From the NCBI GenBank assembly GCA_030141605.1, contig JAQGDQ010000089.1:372001-436000 (forward strand): a stretch of DNA of 64,000 nt, read 5' to 3'. The notes under the pieces are model-generated. The model ran no database searches, was not told where the DNA came from, and saw only the letters and a program-made list of their open reading frames with translations. Positions 15,201 through 26,500 of the stretch are shown here, piece by piece; within the stretch, counting starts at the first letter, position 1; each line of letters begins with the position of its first letter. The translations under genes and the position numbers were made by a program. The stretch is from Tubiluchus corallicola (lineage: Eukaryota > Animalia > Priapulida).

Positions 15201-18200
15201 GTACAAGAGTCATTGAGGATCCAAATGAAGCTTTTGCCATTGCTAAACTAGAAGAACATGAGTGGAGAGTAAGAGACTAATGACAAATTCTGGCTAAAGT
15301 TTATAATTTCCTACAACAAAAAATTAGTTCTTTAAGTGGACTAGAATTAGGATTAGGATTAAGATTATGGTTAGGGTTACGGTTAGGATAGAGTTGGGTT
15401 AGGATTAGGGTATTTAATTTGTGTGTGGAATTGTAAACTCTGTCCCAAAATTTTCTAGCAGAATGCTTAATTTCTCAAACAAATTTCAGGACGAATCTTG
15501 AGCAAAACTTTTCCACAAGTTTGTGATATGGCAAATCAAGGAGTGTCCAAACTTGTCAGTTCTGATTGTTGTGTGGTGTAAGTTTTGCAGGCCTGTACAG
15601 TCTTGCATTCAAGGCATATTTTCAAAGCATTAATTCACTTAGTGTATCATTATAGCAGTATTATATATAATGATTATGGGCTACTTTGGGGAACGGGTTA
15701 GTCAATATGAAAGCGTAGATATTTATCAGTGCAAAATGCAGACGATTATTATTGCCAGATGTCTGTTAGAAATTAGCTTTCCGAAAATTGCCCGTGTGCC
15801 CACTGTTTCATGGAAATGACTTTTCTATTGATCTGAACTGCAGGTTAGCTGGCCATCGATTGTTCAAATGACCTGTATATAGTAAGTAAAATATTTACCA
15901 GGTAAACAAACATAAATCACAGGCTGATGGTTGGGACAAGACTGGAACACAGCTTATTATCAAGGCTAGGCTTGTCCTTTAAGATCAGAGCCTCTCTCGA
16001 TAAGGTAGACAGCAATAGGAATGTTAATAATAATGATACATATCGATAATTATCATTTGTCGCATTGATGCGAAAACTTTGTTTTTATCGTTATTGTATC
16101 GATATTATATTAGGAATATTGTTATCGTATTGTTGCTTATCGCTTACCTTTATAAAATCACTTCACTTTGCTTTTCTATTTATTTACAGTAATTACACAC
16201 GATGTGGATAAAAAGAATTATTTATAATTATAAGCTTATCAGACCCTGAATAATTTTCTTGTACTTTCACCAGGTAGTAAGGGCTATATTCATTCTGAGT
16301 CATATTGACAAAGTATAGAAACCCATTTACACACTTTGATATTGATGTGCAGATGCCAAATTCACTGTTACCGTATTTTTAGTTCATTTTTCCCATCACG
16401 TGCAGCTCACATAGAAATATTTTTATTGTAGTAACATGTTTATCTGTCACAGCTGAGCGGACTTATTTATGAATCATTATGACAAACAAACTTGTGTTAC
16501 ATATCTAGCAGCTATTTTAGTATACATCACTGAACGCACTAAAGCACTTCATAATTTCAATTATTAATGGCACTTTTTCTGTTGTTGCATCAATTGTCAG
16601 TATCTTCAATATTGTCTAAAAATAGTTTATCGTTATCGTATCGTTGGAAAAAGTATCGCATCATATCATTATCATATCACCAAATTTGTAGAATTTTAAT
16701 ATCCCTAGACAGCAACTTTAGCCATTGTGCTACTACTTTAGCGTCACATAATCTTTTTAGTATAGTTAATATGTCTAGCTTTAATATTGTATTGTCATTT
16801 CTTGTAACATTATGAGTCTGCAAATGTTGCTAAATTTACAGAAGAAGAAGGCAGCCATTCGACCAGTGAACTCTCCAAGTCTTGTATCAGCTGTTCAGTC
16901 GTCTGTACATAGTGCTGAACCGTGGTTCTTTGGCGGCATTTCACGAGAACAGTCAGTTGAATTGCTTACTGCTCAGGGTCTTGTAGATGGGTAAGTTGTT
17001 TGTATAAGAATGCAATCTATAAATAGTGCATTATAGCTGATGAGTAATTTGACTACTATTAATTTTTAGTTGTGTTGTGTTGTGTTGCATTGTGTTGTAT
17101 TGTGCCGTGTCAAATTGTGTTAGTCGTGCTGTATTAGGTTCTGTTATGGATGTTATACTGAGCTGTGTTTTGCTTGCTACGTTACGTTATCATTAAGATT
17201 ATCGCTTTGATGATTCTTTTAAGAGATTATTGCCTTTTTTGCATAAAGAAGCATTATTATTACTTTATTACAAAAATTAGTAATCGTCAATTACCAATAG
17301 TATTGTAAGGCGCCTAACAACAGAATCAGCATTATTGTTAAAATTTAAACATATCGTTAAATCCATTGAATTTAAACTAGACACTGTACAGTGTAGATAC
17401 AATATGAAATTGTACAATAGTTGTAACAGACTTAGTTCGAAAAGGCTAAAATGAATAGACAAGTTTTGAGTTTTTTCTTGAACACATCAAATTTAGTTCA
17501 ACAATGCAAATCAAGTTTTGAATTTCTTCCATTCTCTGAGACCAGCTACTGAAAAAAATCTGCCTGTGAAAGTTTTACAATGATTAAAGGATACATCGTT
17601 AGTGGTATCCTATTCAGCCTGACCAGTAGAGCGTGTTCGAATTGAGAAAGCTTTTACGTTCAGAATATTTGATAAATAATCTGGAGCCATATTATGTAAA
17701 CATTTGCACACCAAGCATAAAATCTTAAACGACTGCACTATATCTGATTGGCAGCCAGTGTAAAATTTTTAAATGTTATCATTCAGTTGCTTATATTATA
17801 CTTCAGTTTTATTGTTTTAGGTTGTTTCTTATTCGAGATAGCCATACGATACCAAATGCCTTTGTTTTGACACTTGCTCATGGACAGAAAGTCAAACACA
17901 TACACATTAAATTAGTAAGTTTATGTTATATGTCAACTATTTTGCATTTGCTTAAACTTTTTTTATTGAAGTTTGAAGTTTATTATTATTACACTCAGTG
18001 CAATAATACATTCAACACAAGGAGACAAACTATCAATATCATTACATCATATGGTGGTTTTATGTCTCGTGTACTATCATTACACGAGAAAGAAGCAATT
18101 GTACTGCAGTGGGCTTGGGAAACAAAAGCTTGTTTAAATCCCAAACTAACAAGCTTTTTCTGATTACTTGTAGCTCGCAGAACAGTTTTATTTCTAATAA

Positions 18201-19539
18201 TCGAGTCAGGTGGTTGTAAACGTACTTGAATAAAAGCAAAAAGTAAAGCTTTATCAAAATCTTATTTGAGCTAGTCGATTTTACAGCAACATAAACAACA
18301 GCAAATTATAACATTCTATAACAATGGGAATCTATTTAAGAAAAATCGTATAGCTCTGTAATGTGATAGCTCCGAAAATTTGTTTAAAGGACAACCGGAC
18401 GATTGTTTAGACTCAGCCTCATTTTAAGTTACTGTCCAAAGTATACAGTTTCTTGTCTATAAAAGTTAGCAATTGTTTCTTAAATTTGAATAGCTTAGAA
18501 AAGTAATTAATGGCAACCGAACACAGCTATTGCAAACGTCAGAAACTAGCCACGGTTTGTGCAATGGTAGGCATCTTCCCTTGCCCGTCAAGCACGTTTG
18601 CATAAGTGTTACTGCTTAAATGCGTAATTTCACGAACATCAGAAACTTACACTGCAGTTCATGATCATGGTTATCACGGTACCGTCTTGTATTTATCGGC
18701 CACACGAATGTGACAAAAAGGCACCGTTGCAAGTCTTACCAGATTCATTAAGCCGCACCTAGCTTTGAAAGTTTAACAAAATTTGAGTAATTATTATTTA
18801 ATCTAAGCTTTGATTTAAGCTATTGTAGTTTTCAACGTTTTAGAGCATTCTTTATTCTGAACTAATGTTTACGCAATCATCCAGTTTTCCTTTAACCAGG
18901 ATAATCTTAGCATCGCAAAGGTGCCAAAAATGCAATTAAAGCAACGAGTAGCATTTTTTGCAACCACAAATGAAAATTGTTCTGTTGCTTTTGTCTTATT
19001 TGTAGTGTCTTTTGTAGGAAATGAGGAAACTATGTAGGAGATATGGAAATGTTTTGCCCATGTATTTCAATGCTATAACATTCTTCTCTGTCTTTTATTA
19101 ATAATAAACACTTATATTCAGTACTAGTATATCCCTAAAGTTTACAATTTACCACACAAGATATTAGTTTGTGAAGCGGATTAGGATTAGGATTAGGGTT
19201 GAGGTTAGGGATGGGGTTAAGGTTAGGATTAGGATTGGAGTTAGGGCTAAGGTTAGGGTATTTAAATTTTGTGGGGAATTGTAGACTCCTTCCCTAGTGT
19301 ACTCATATTTAGAAGTACTTATAAATGCAAAAACAATATGTATTTTGTACACTGCCTGTAAAACTGCTAATGCAACAGATTCCTGCATTTTTTTACAGTT
19401 GCAAGATGGCAACGAAGGTTTCTATTCAATCGACGAATCTCTGAAGTTTCATGATTTGATACAACTGGTCGAATTTTACCAAGCTAATGTTGGGTGCTTA
19501 CCGTGCAAACTGACACATCATGTTCAAGTGTTAGCTTGA
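3045..19539 (+). CDS. Grb7/Grb10/Grb14-family adaptor protein (RA-PH-BPS-SH2), 12 coding exons found, start exon(s) not identified (probably upstream of window)
   Basis: Exons with AG/GT ends and matching phases: 3045-3208, 5120-5276, 5648-5778, 6632-6730, 9289-9435, 10402-10512, 11554-11643, 12517-12597, 15149-15268, 16842-16990, 17821-17914, 19399-19539 (TGA). About 493 aa. Motifs: N-terminal PDPFPEL (family PNPFPEL); RA domain (WSLVEY..ERTLEDHD..FYFRK); PH domain (KSWKKMFFVLR..YYSTKGASKDPKYL..CWVSSFRL); BPS (VAIDFTGGSTRVIEDP..WRKK); SH2 (PWFFGGISR..GLVDGLFLIRDS..DLIQLVEFYQ.N.GCLPCKL). Cannot be assigned to one vertebrate paralogue. Confidence 0.95.
7350..8185. repeat. Large imperfect palindrome made of tandem ~300-bp units inverted about GACTAGTC (7776-7783)
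   Basis: Reverse-complement matches across the centre: ttgcagtttattttaccaatt/aattggtaaaataaactgcaa, ccagaatttttataa/ttataaaaattctgg, ctagcaactaac/gttagttgctag, ccacctgta/tacaggtgg, gagaaaggagacac/gtgtctcctttctc. The unit contains a B-box-like GTTCGAATCC (~8048). Confidence 0.85.
11290..11475 (+). repeat. Two-copy tandem duplication, ~93-bp period
   Basis: gttaagcaa(t/g)gatttactgta..gaatgtagtcagataga(t/c)caaaca starts at 11290 and 11383. Confidence 0.8.
13514..14137. mobile_element. Non-autonomous pogo/Tigger-like (Tc1/mariner) DNA element
   Basis: TA/CAGTGTTCCCTC ... GAGGGAACACTA terminal inverted repeats; subterminal CCGCGA-type motifs; no ORF. Confidence 0.7.
15298..15439. mobile_element. 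MITE-like element with internal degenerate TTAGG(G) repeats, copy 1
   Basis: TIR agtttataatttcc..ggaattgtaaact around ttaggattaggattaagattatggttagggttacggttagg; homologous to 19139-19287. Confidence 0.7.
16016..16707. mobile_element. hAT-superfamily MITE with 8-bp target-site duplication
   Basis: Identical flanking GACAGCAA at 16008-16015 and 16708-16715; TIRs TAGGAATGTTAA and TTAATATCCCTA (10/12 match); subterminal TATCG(T/A) repeats. Confidence 0.85.
17440..17600 (-). mobile_element. 3' remnant of an L2/CR1-type LINE
   Basis: Minus strand reads GRFFSVAGLREW...FKKKLKTCLF, typical of the L2/CR1 ORF2 C-terminus. Confidence 0.55.
19139..19287. mobile_element. MITE-like element with internal degenerate TTAGG(G) repeats, copy 2
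   Basis: TIR agtttacaatttaccacaca..tgtggggaattgtagact; same internal layout as 15298-15439. Confidence 0.7.
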
Positions 19540-22500
19540 TGCAGACTTGCACTACCAAGCAGTATTCTTCTACATTCTACCGCATCAGTATCCATCTAAC
19601 CATGTTATTACACAAAACAACAAACTTATTGTGTTTTTTTACTGTTGCTTGCTGTTACTTTCATACACTATAGATATAATAATGTGTAAGCTATTGTTCG
19701 TGTTCACAGTGTGTGTTTAGTGACCAAATTCGGGCAGTGCTGATTCTGGTCAGTAAATTAATTGTTGACCATTTGAAAAACCGTTTCATGTGTTGTCAGT
19801 GGTACTGTCCATTGCTGAGAAAGGATGCATATAAATTTGAGTGTGCTTGCCATCTGCTGTCTCATCTTGCAAAATGTCTTTCGTAACGAGATAGGTTCTG
19901 GACTTGCTACAACCGTCTACAGTAAATAAGCCTTTCTGTTGATTGCTGAACTCTTGCTTGCAGAGTGCTCATTGCATTCAAATACTTCAATGTACTTTTG
20001 AGTTCAAATACTTCTTGGCCCATAATGTACCCGAAGAAATGTTTTGTACAAAAAGAATCGTCATTCAATCATGCTACAAATTTTTGCTCATTTGCTCAAT
20101 GCTTTTTAAGTCTGCTGACAAAATCAAATTAAATCGATCGAGTAAACTGAAATTTCGCTTCTTATGGACTTTATGACATTCAAGATCTGAAAAGGGTGTA
20201 ATAAATATGGGTCGCCAAATATTTTGAAAAAGCTGCACTATTCTAAAATGTGTGAAAGGTTAGCTGTCTTTGGGAGTGCTTTCATTGCTGAAAATGTTTT
20301 TTTGCATCCGGTGTGACACATTTTTACAGTCATTGTAATATCATTTCGGTAAAGAACTTGATAACTGAAAAAGTACTGATTCGTAGTGCAAAAATCTGTT
20401 CCTCTAAACCCATAATCTGAGGCAGTTACTCCTAGATTCGATGTACAACAACAACATTATTGTTTTGAGCTATTTGTTTTTTTTGTTAGCATTGTTAATT
20501 TTAATTTGGTGTTATTAATGCATTAGCTTCGAAGGTGCTGTAATGCAACTTGTATTGAGTGATAACAGTGCGCACTTAATGACTTCACTTAAACGGCACT
20601 AAATTTGGTCAGCAAAATTACTTCTGGATGGATTCACTGTTATAATGCCACCGACTATTTACCCCTTTAAGTGGAGGATGTATATATATACTCGAATACC
20701 CAAGGCATCTTGTCCAATTCAGTGACTCAGATTAAATGATGAGCTAGGTTTCAATTCTGCCACAACTGATCGAGCTTAATTAGGCTTTGCTATTTGAGTG
20801 CTTGATCTCGGCTTGCAAGGGTGTATGAAAAAATGTTACGATTTATTTGCATACAGTACCGTAGTTGATAATTGATGTAATATGACACACGTGGCTGTCA
20901 GCTGTGACGCTTTGTAGATTGAAAGAAGATTGTAAGAAAAATAGCAAGAAAGAAACTATTGAATCGGATGAATGTAGATTAACCACAACTCTCCAGTGTT
21001 GAGTGGTATGTTATTGTCCTTCACAACTATTGGTTGCAGTCTAGTAGCACATTGGCATTGCCATGATATTGCAAAAGAATTAATGTTCTAACGAGGAAAG
21101 ATTAATTCTTCAATTGAGCAATAAATTTTGTAACTTTTAATTGTATAGCTGTAGTGTAAATCATTTACACCATGCCTTGTGTATAAACTCCTCAAGTGCT
21201 ATTTCAGGTTACTCTGTCACATGATTTCTTATAACTATATATATATATCACTTTTAAAGTAATACTATGAATCACCAATTTTTAGTGCTGTGTTTATTTT
21301 TCTGTTGCAAAGAAGCAGTTTTCACTTGCATATAAAGCCAAATTTGGTATAACTGTGCCATTTTCACTAAAATCTTTGAATGCATGTAATGCAATGAGAA
21401 CATTGATGAAGAACAAAAATTGATGTTGAATTGTTGTAACAGTAGGCAAGATGGGTGCTTTTTTACTCGTTTCTCATTTTTTGTGTTAACAAACTGTTAG
21501 TTGTTGCTTGCTATGGGTGCAAAAAATCTCTTTTCTGAATTGCTCTACAGTTATTTAAAAATTTTGCCTTATAGGAAACGTAGTTTTGTAACTTGTAGTC
21601 TTTCTCAATCTGATGTTTGTAATTGTTCCTGGTTTTATTTGCTTAATTGCTGTATACTGATTTATTGCAAAGAAGAGGAAATGTGTGATGTGAGCGTCAC
21701 GAGTTCTGTCTCCAGTTTAGAGGATTGTTATCAGTAATTGTTTATGTTCCAGTCCTGCTACAACTATTTATCTCTAGTTGGCTCAATTTTGGCTTTCTAA
21801 ACTATGCATATAAATGAAGATTCTGTATATGATGCAAGTATAAATTTATGCAAATTCACTTAAAGCTTTCCTCTTTTCTAGTTCAAAAAGTAAAAAATCT
21901 CTCTTGTTAGTGGATTGGGGTGCATATTTTATACAACTGTTTCTAAGTTTTTTTGTGTACGTATGTTTGTTTTGATAATATGCTAACATTGTTGCAAGGA
22001 GTTCAGGCTTGAATAAGAATTTTATTATATTGCGAGGAGTTCAGCATGAATAAGAATTTTGTTTATGTATGTATTACATTGCTACTGTTGCTGCTGTGCA
22101 TATATTGTGTGTAGTTCAGTTTCTTGACAGAAGATTTCCCCTCTTGTCTATGTAATTTTGTTGACAAAGACTGCCTATTTTTGTATTACCGTACAAGTTG
22201 CTCACAAAGATAATATCCAATGTATATATTTCTACACTGAACCTTTTCATTTTTTATTTATGTGTATTTTTACTATGACTGTAAATATGAATGAAATTGT
22301 TGCGTGCAATATTGTATTGATAATCATGTACTGAGTTTTTTAAAGTAGCGATGTTTAGATGATTAGACCTAGATAGTAACTTGGTGGGTGAATAAATTGA
22401 TAGTGAAAGTTCAGTCGGATCTTTCTGCGAGGTTTTAAACTGTTTTAGTTCATGTTGCATTTTAATGTCGTCTGTTATGAACTCCAGCAGTAGTTTCAAA

Positions 22501-22680
22501 AATGTTGTTTGTATGTTTGTATTGTCCTAGTTTGTGGACACCCCGAATTACAATGAAAATTAGTGATTTTTTATTGATTCTGTGAGTTGTGAATGCTCTT
22601 GTTTTGAAAGTTTTTTATTATGCTATATGAAAAATGCTTTGTTCATGGTTTGAAATAAAATGTTTTTGAACAAATATTGT
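19540..22680 (+). other. Putative long (~3.1 kb) 3' UTR of the Grb7/10/14-like gene
   Basis: T/G-rich, nearly repeat-free stretch after the stop, ending in AATAAA at 22654-22659, after which strand composition becomes A-rich. PUF-type TGTAHATA motifs at 20679, 22221, 22280. The end point is inferred. Confidence 0.5.
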
Positions 22681-23506
22681 GAAATCAAGATATTATACTC
22701 TTTAGTATAGAAAACACATATTGCAAATTATGAAACCAAGGATGTTAAAAGACAGGAAATTTATTTTGTAGGAACTTAAAAAAACTTGCGGCATAAAACA
22801 TTGATTCAAATCAAGTTAATCAACATAAAATCATGAGAATTTTAACAAATCAATAACTGAAGAAGACAAAAGCTTTATAGATAGCAAGCACACGACACTG
22901 ACTAACTAACTGACTAACTGATTATGCTCAAGCTACATATACATGTATCATAATACTTGAACAAAGAACATATTACTTTTGTCTTTGAAAGACAAGTAGT
23001 TAGGACTATGGCAAAGGACTTTGAACTCAATTTCACATTTTTTAAAGAATTTCCATTTGTACATTTATTATTAGTTCGTTCCACGTTCAGAATAGAAAAT
23101 TATTTATAGTGTGACTGCAAAATATGTGAATAATAATAATATCCAAATAATAATTATTTAATTATTTTAGAGCTTATTTATCGTCGAGTCTAGGCAGTGT
23201 ATTAATGGGCAGTGGTGTTATTTATTTCCAATCCTTTCGTCCTTGTTTCATGGGGTTCATTTTATAAAGAAAATTATATCTGATACGGGTTTTTGTGCGA
23301 AATAAATTCCCGAATATATCGCAAAAAGTGTTTTTCAAGATATACAGAGTCTTGCTATCCCTTACGTCTCGTCCGGGTAACCAATAAGTGTATAGTTCTC
23401 ATGCGTGTGATCCAATCAGTAAAGCCGTAACATGAAAGTTAGAGCAGACGAGCGAGAAGCACTAATGAACGAATGGTCAAAGTCGATGATTGGACGGTTG
23501 TCCAGC

Positions 23507-26500
23507 TTACAATTTGCCCTTGTATTTGAAGTCAATGCCCTTGATGTGGTTGACCAACCTGTAAGAATAAAGATGATGATGATGGTGATCATTAATAATA
23601 ATAATTATAATAATAATGATAATAATAATAATAATAATAATAATAAACGTAATACTATAGTGATGAGAATTACTAATTATTAGTTAAAATATTGTTAGTT
23701 AAAAAAGCGAGTCCTCTTAATCATATCACAGAATGAGGCCTCAATAGAGACGTGCTAGGACATGAAACTACTGTGGGCAAAAATTTGTTTTGACATAATT
23801 GTAACCTTAGTCTTTGACATTCGAATCCGAAATCAGTAGGCTTGCAGTTAGTACTCAGAGTCAGACCTATCCGTATGCCAAGTTTGGTGATTGTAGTTTT
23901 ATCCGTTTTGATTTTTTACGAACATATACACAAACAGATACACTAAAAGGCATATTCAGAAGAATACTGAAGCTGTCAAGTCAGTCTAAACAATAGTGTG
24001 CTTCACAATAATAACACAAACGTGGTTCATAACTGTAAACATAGGTCATATTGACTGTAAACATAGATCAAAATCATAACTGAACATTTTTATATAAGTG
24101 TTGAAATTCTCGATTCGAAGTATATTCACGACTTTGCTATGCAGCCTACATCTATGCCGCTGCAAATAAGTTCCTATAATATACACCAATGACTAGTGAC
24201 AAGTATATAGCTCTACCTTTCCACCATGTTACAGGATGGAAAAGAGGCCAAAGATACCATTTCAGGGTAGCTGGTAATACTTAGTGTTAATTTATTATTA
24301 ATAATGAGTGCCATAGCACGATACTAATAGGATTCCATGTATGTATGTAGTTTATTGACAAAAAATATTTTCATTAACAACAAATGGGGTAAAACTTTAA
24401 CTTTCTTTTTGTCCGTGACAGAATACTACACGTCATTTAATCTTAATCATATTCAGTTAATATTCTGGCACAAATTTTAAGAGATTCATTATTAAAAATT
24501 TTAAATTTATTATTATTATTCATTAGTTTTAAAGAATGAATTTACATCATAAAAGTTAATGTAAGTATGACTGTCTGTGATGTGCTGAGTTATTGAAGCA
24601 ACTACTGCAATACATGTAGCTCAGTAAACCAACTCCAGAAAAATGTAAAAGACATGATCTTACATTTGCATCTAAAAAATCTAGTTGAACTGAAGTACAG
24701 TATAAGGTGCTCTCTCTCTCTCCAAGAGATCTTCGTAGAACAGAACCGAATTCTCGCATAGTACAAAAGTGACAAGAATATTTATTACAATTAAGAGAAA
24801 GAAGAAAGATTTACCAGTTTTTGGCAAAATCGATGGTGGCGTCATCTACTGGATTCTTAACTGCACCGAGTTTGCCGACAAAGTCATCGTGGGCAGTCTT
24901 GTGGTCTGTAAAGTTGGGATAGTTTTTCGCCTGCATCATTTGCTATAAGTAAAATAGATAGACATTACACAATAACAGCCCGTGGCGCTCGTATCTGCGT
25001 CAACCTGCAGATTCTGCAGTTCTGAAGCAGACTTCTGGTTGATCTCTTTCGAGCATCCTGCATCAGCTTTCGGTTACAAATTCCACTTTGAAAGAGGTCA
25101 AACAGAATTGTAAACTGACACAAAGATCTAGTACAAATATAAACCGTAGTACCAATAACTAAACATCGCAGGTTAATAGTGTATCACATTTAAGATTCAT
25201 AACAGTCAACTCGTACACTCGTACAGATCCTTGAAAAAAGGCTCTTGCAATTATTGTGCAAGGGTTAGTTCCCCACATGTGCTCCAAAATTAGAAATGCC
25301 CACAAAAATGACTGTAGTCTCCGTGACCTCTAGATCCATTCAGACCTACACATCACTGTACACAACGCATCACTAGAGCAACATTGTAGTGACTCCTACA
25401 GTTATTCGGACGTGTTTCAACTTTGCACTGGGCTGCTTAAGAAATGTTAACATTATATAAGCTAGAGGACCAATGAAATTGTTTAAGAATGTCAGGTGAG
25501 GTATTACACTGTCCGTTGGAATTTATATCAGGTTGCTTCATGTAATACTATAAAAAAACGAGTTACATCTTTTAAAATGGCAGAAAGAAATTTTGACACT
25601 TTTTGTGTCCTAAGCGACTCGCTTCAAAGCCTGAGCAATAACGCTTGTGAGACAGTAATCTTCACACATTGAGTACCACTTCTCTCCAAAGTTAATCATC
25701 AGAAAACTTTCAGTGTATCTCGTTCTCTGTGAATGTTTGTCGGCCTACAAGTCGCTATAGTTACGCTACACTATAGTCACAGTCAAAAATAATGTCTGCA
25801 ACTTGGCCTGTGTAACTTAAGTTCATCATAGATTCTATCCATGGGCTATAAATTTTGTTTATAAACATACACTTACTAAATCATCAATCTTTCTTCAACA
25901 ACAAACATGAACGTCATTTAAAAGGTCTATCAGATTAATTTTCTATCTTGCAAATCTGCTAAGTCAGTGACTCAAAAATAAATGTCGCTTAAAAATAGTC
26001 ACTGAGACACTATAGTGACTATACCATATCTATTTTAGAGACAAATTATTCTCAGCTAAGAATTGACTAACACAAAGCAGTACAAATTTGTGGCTAACAC
26101 GGAGTGGTACAAATTTTCTGGCTAACACGGTTAGTACAAATTTTCTGGCTAACATAGAGTGATACAAATTTTCTGGCTAACATGAAGTAGTACAAATTCT
26201 CTGGCTAACATGCAGTATTACAATTTTTGTGCCTAACACGGAGTAATAAAAATTTTCTGGCTAACGTACAGTATTACAATTTTTCTGCCTAACACGGAGT
26301 AATAAAAATTTTCTGGCTAACACGGAGTACTATAAATTTTCCGCCTAACACGGAGTAATAGAAACTTTCTTTCTAACAAGCTCTAGTACAAATTAACACG
26401 GAGCAGTACAAATTCTCTGACAAACACGCACTAGTATAAATTTTCTAGTTAACACGAAGTAGCACAAATTTTCTGGCAAACACGGAGTAGTACAAATTTT

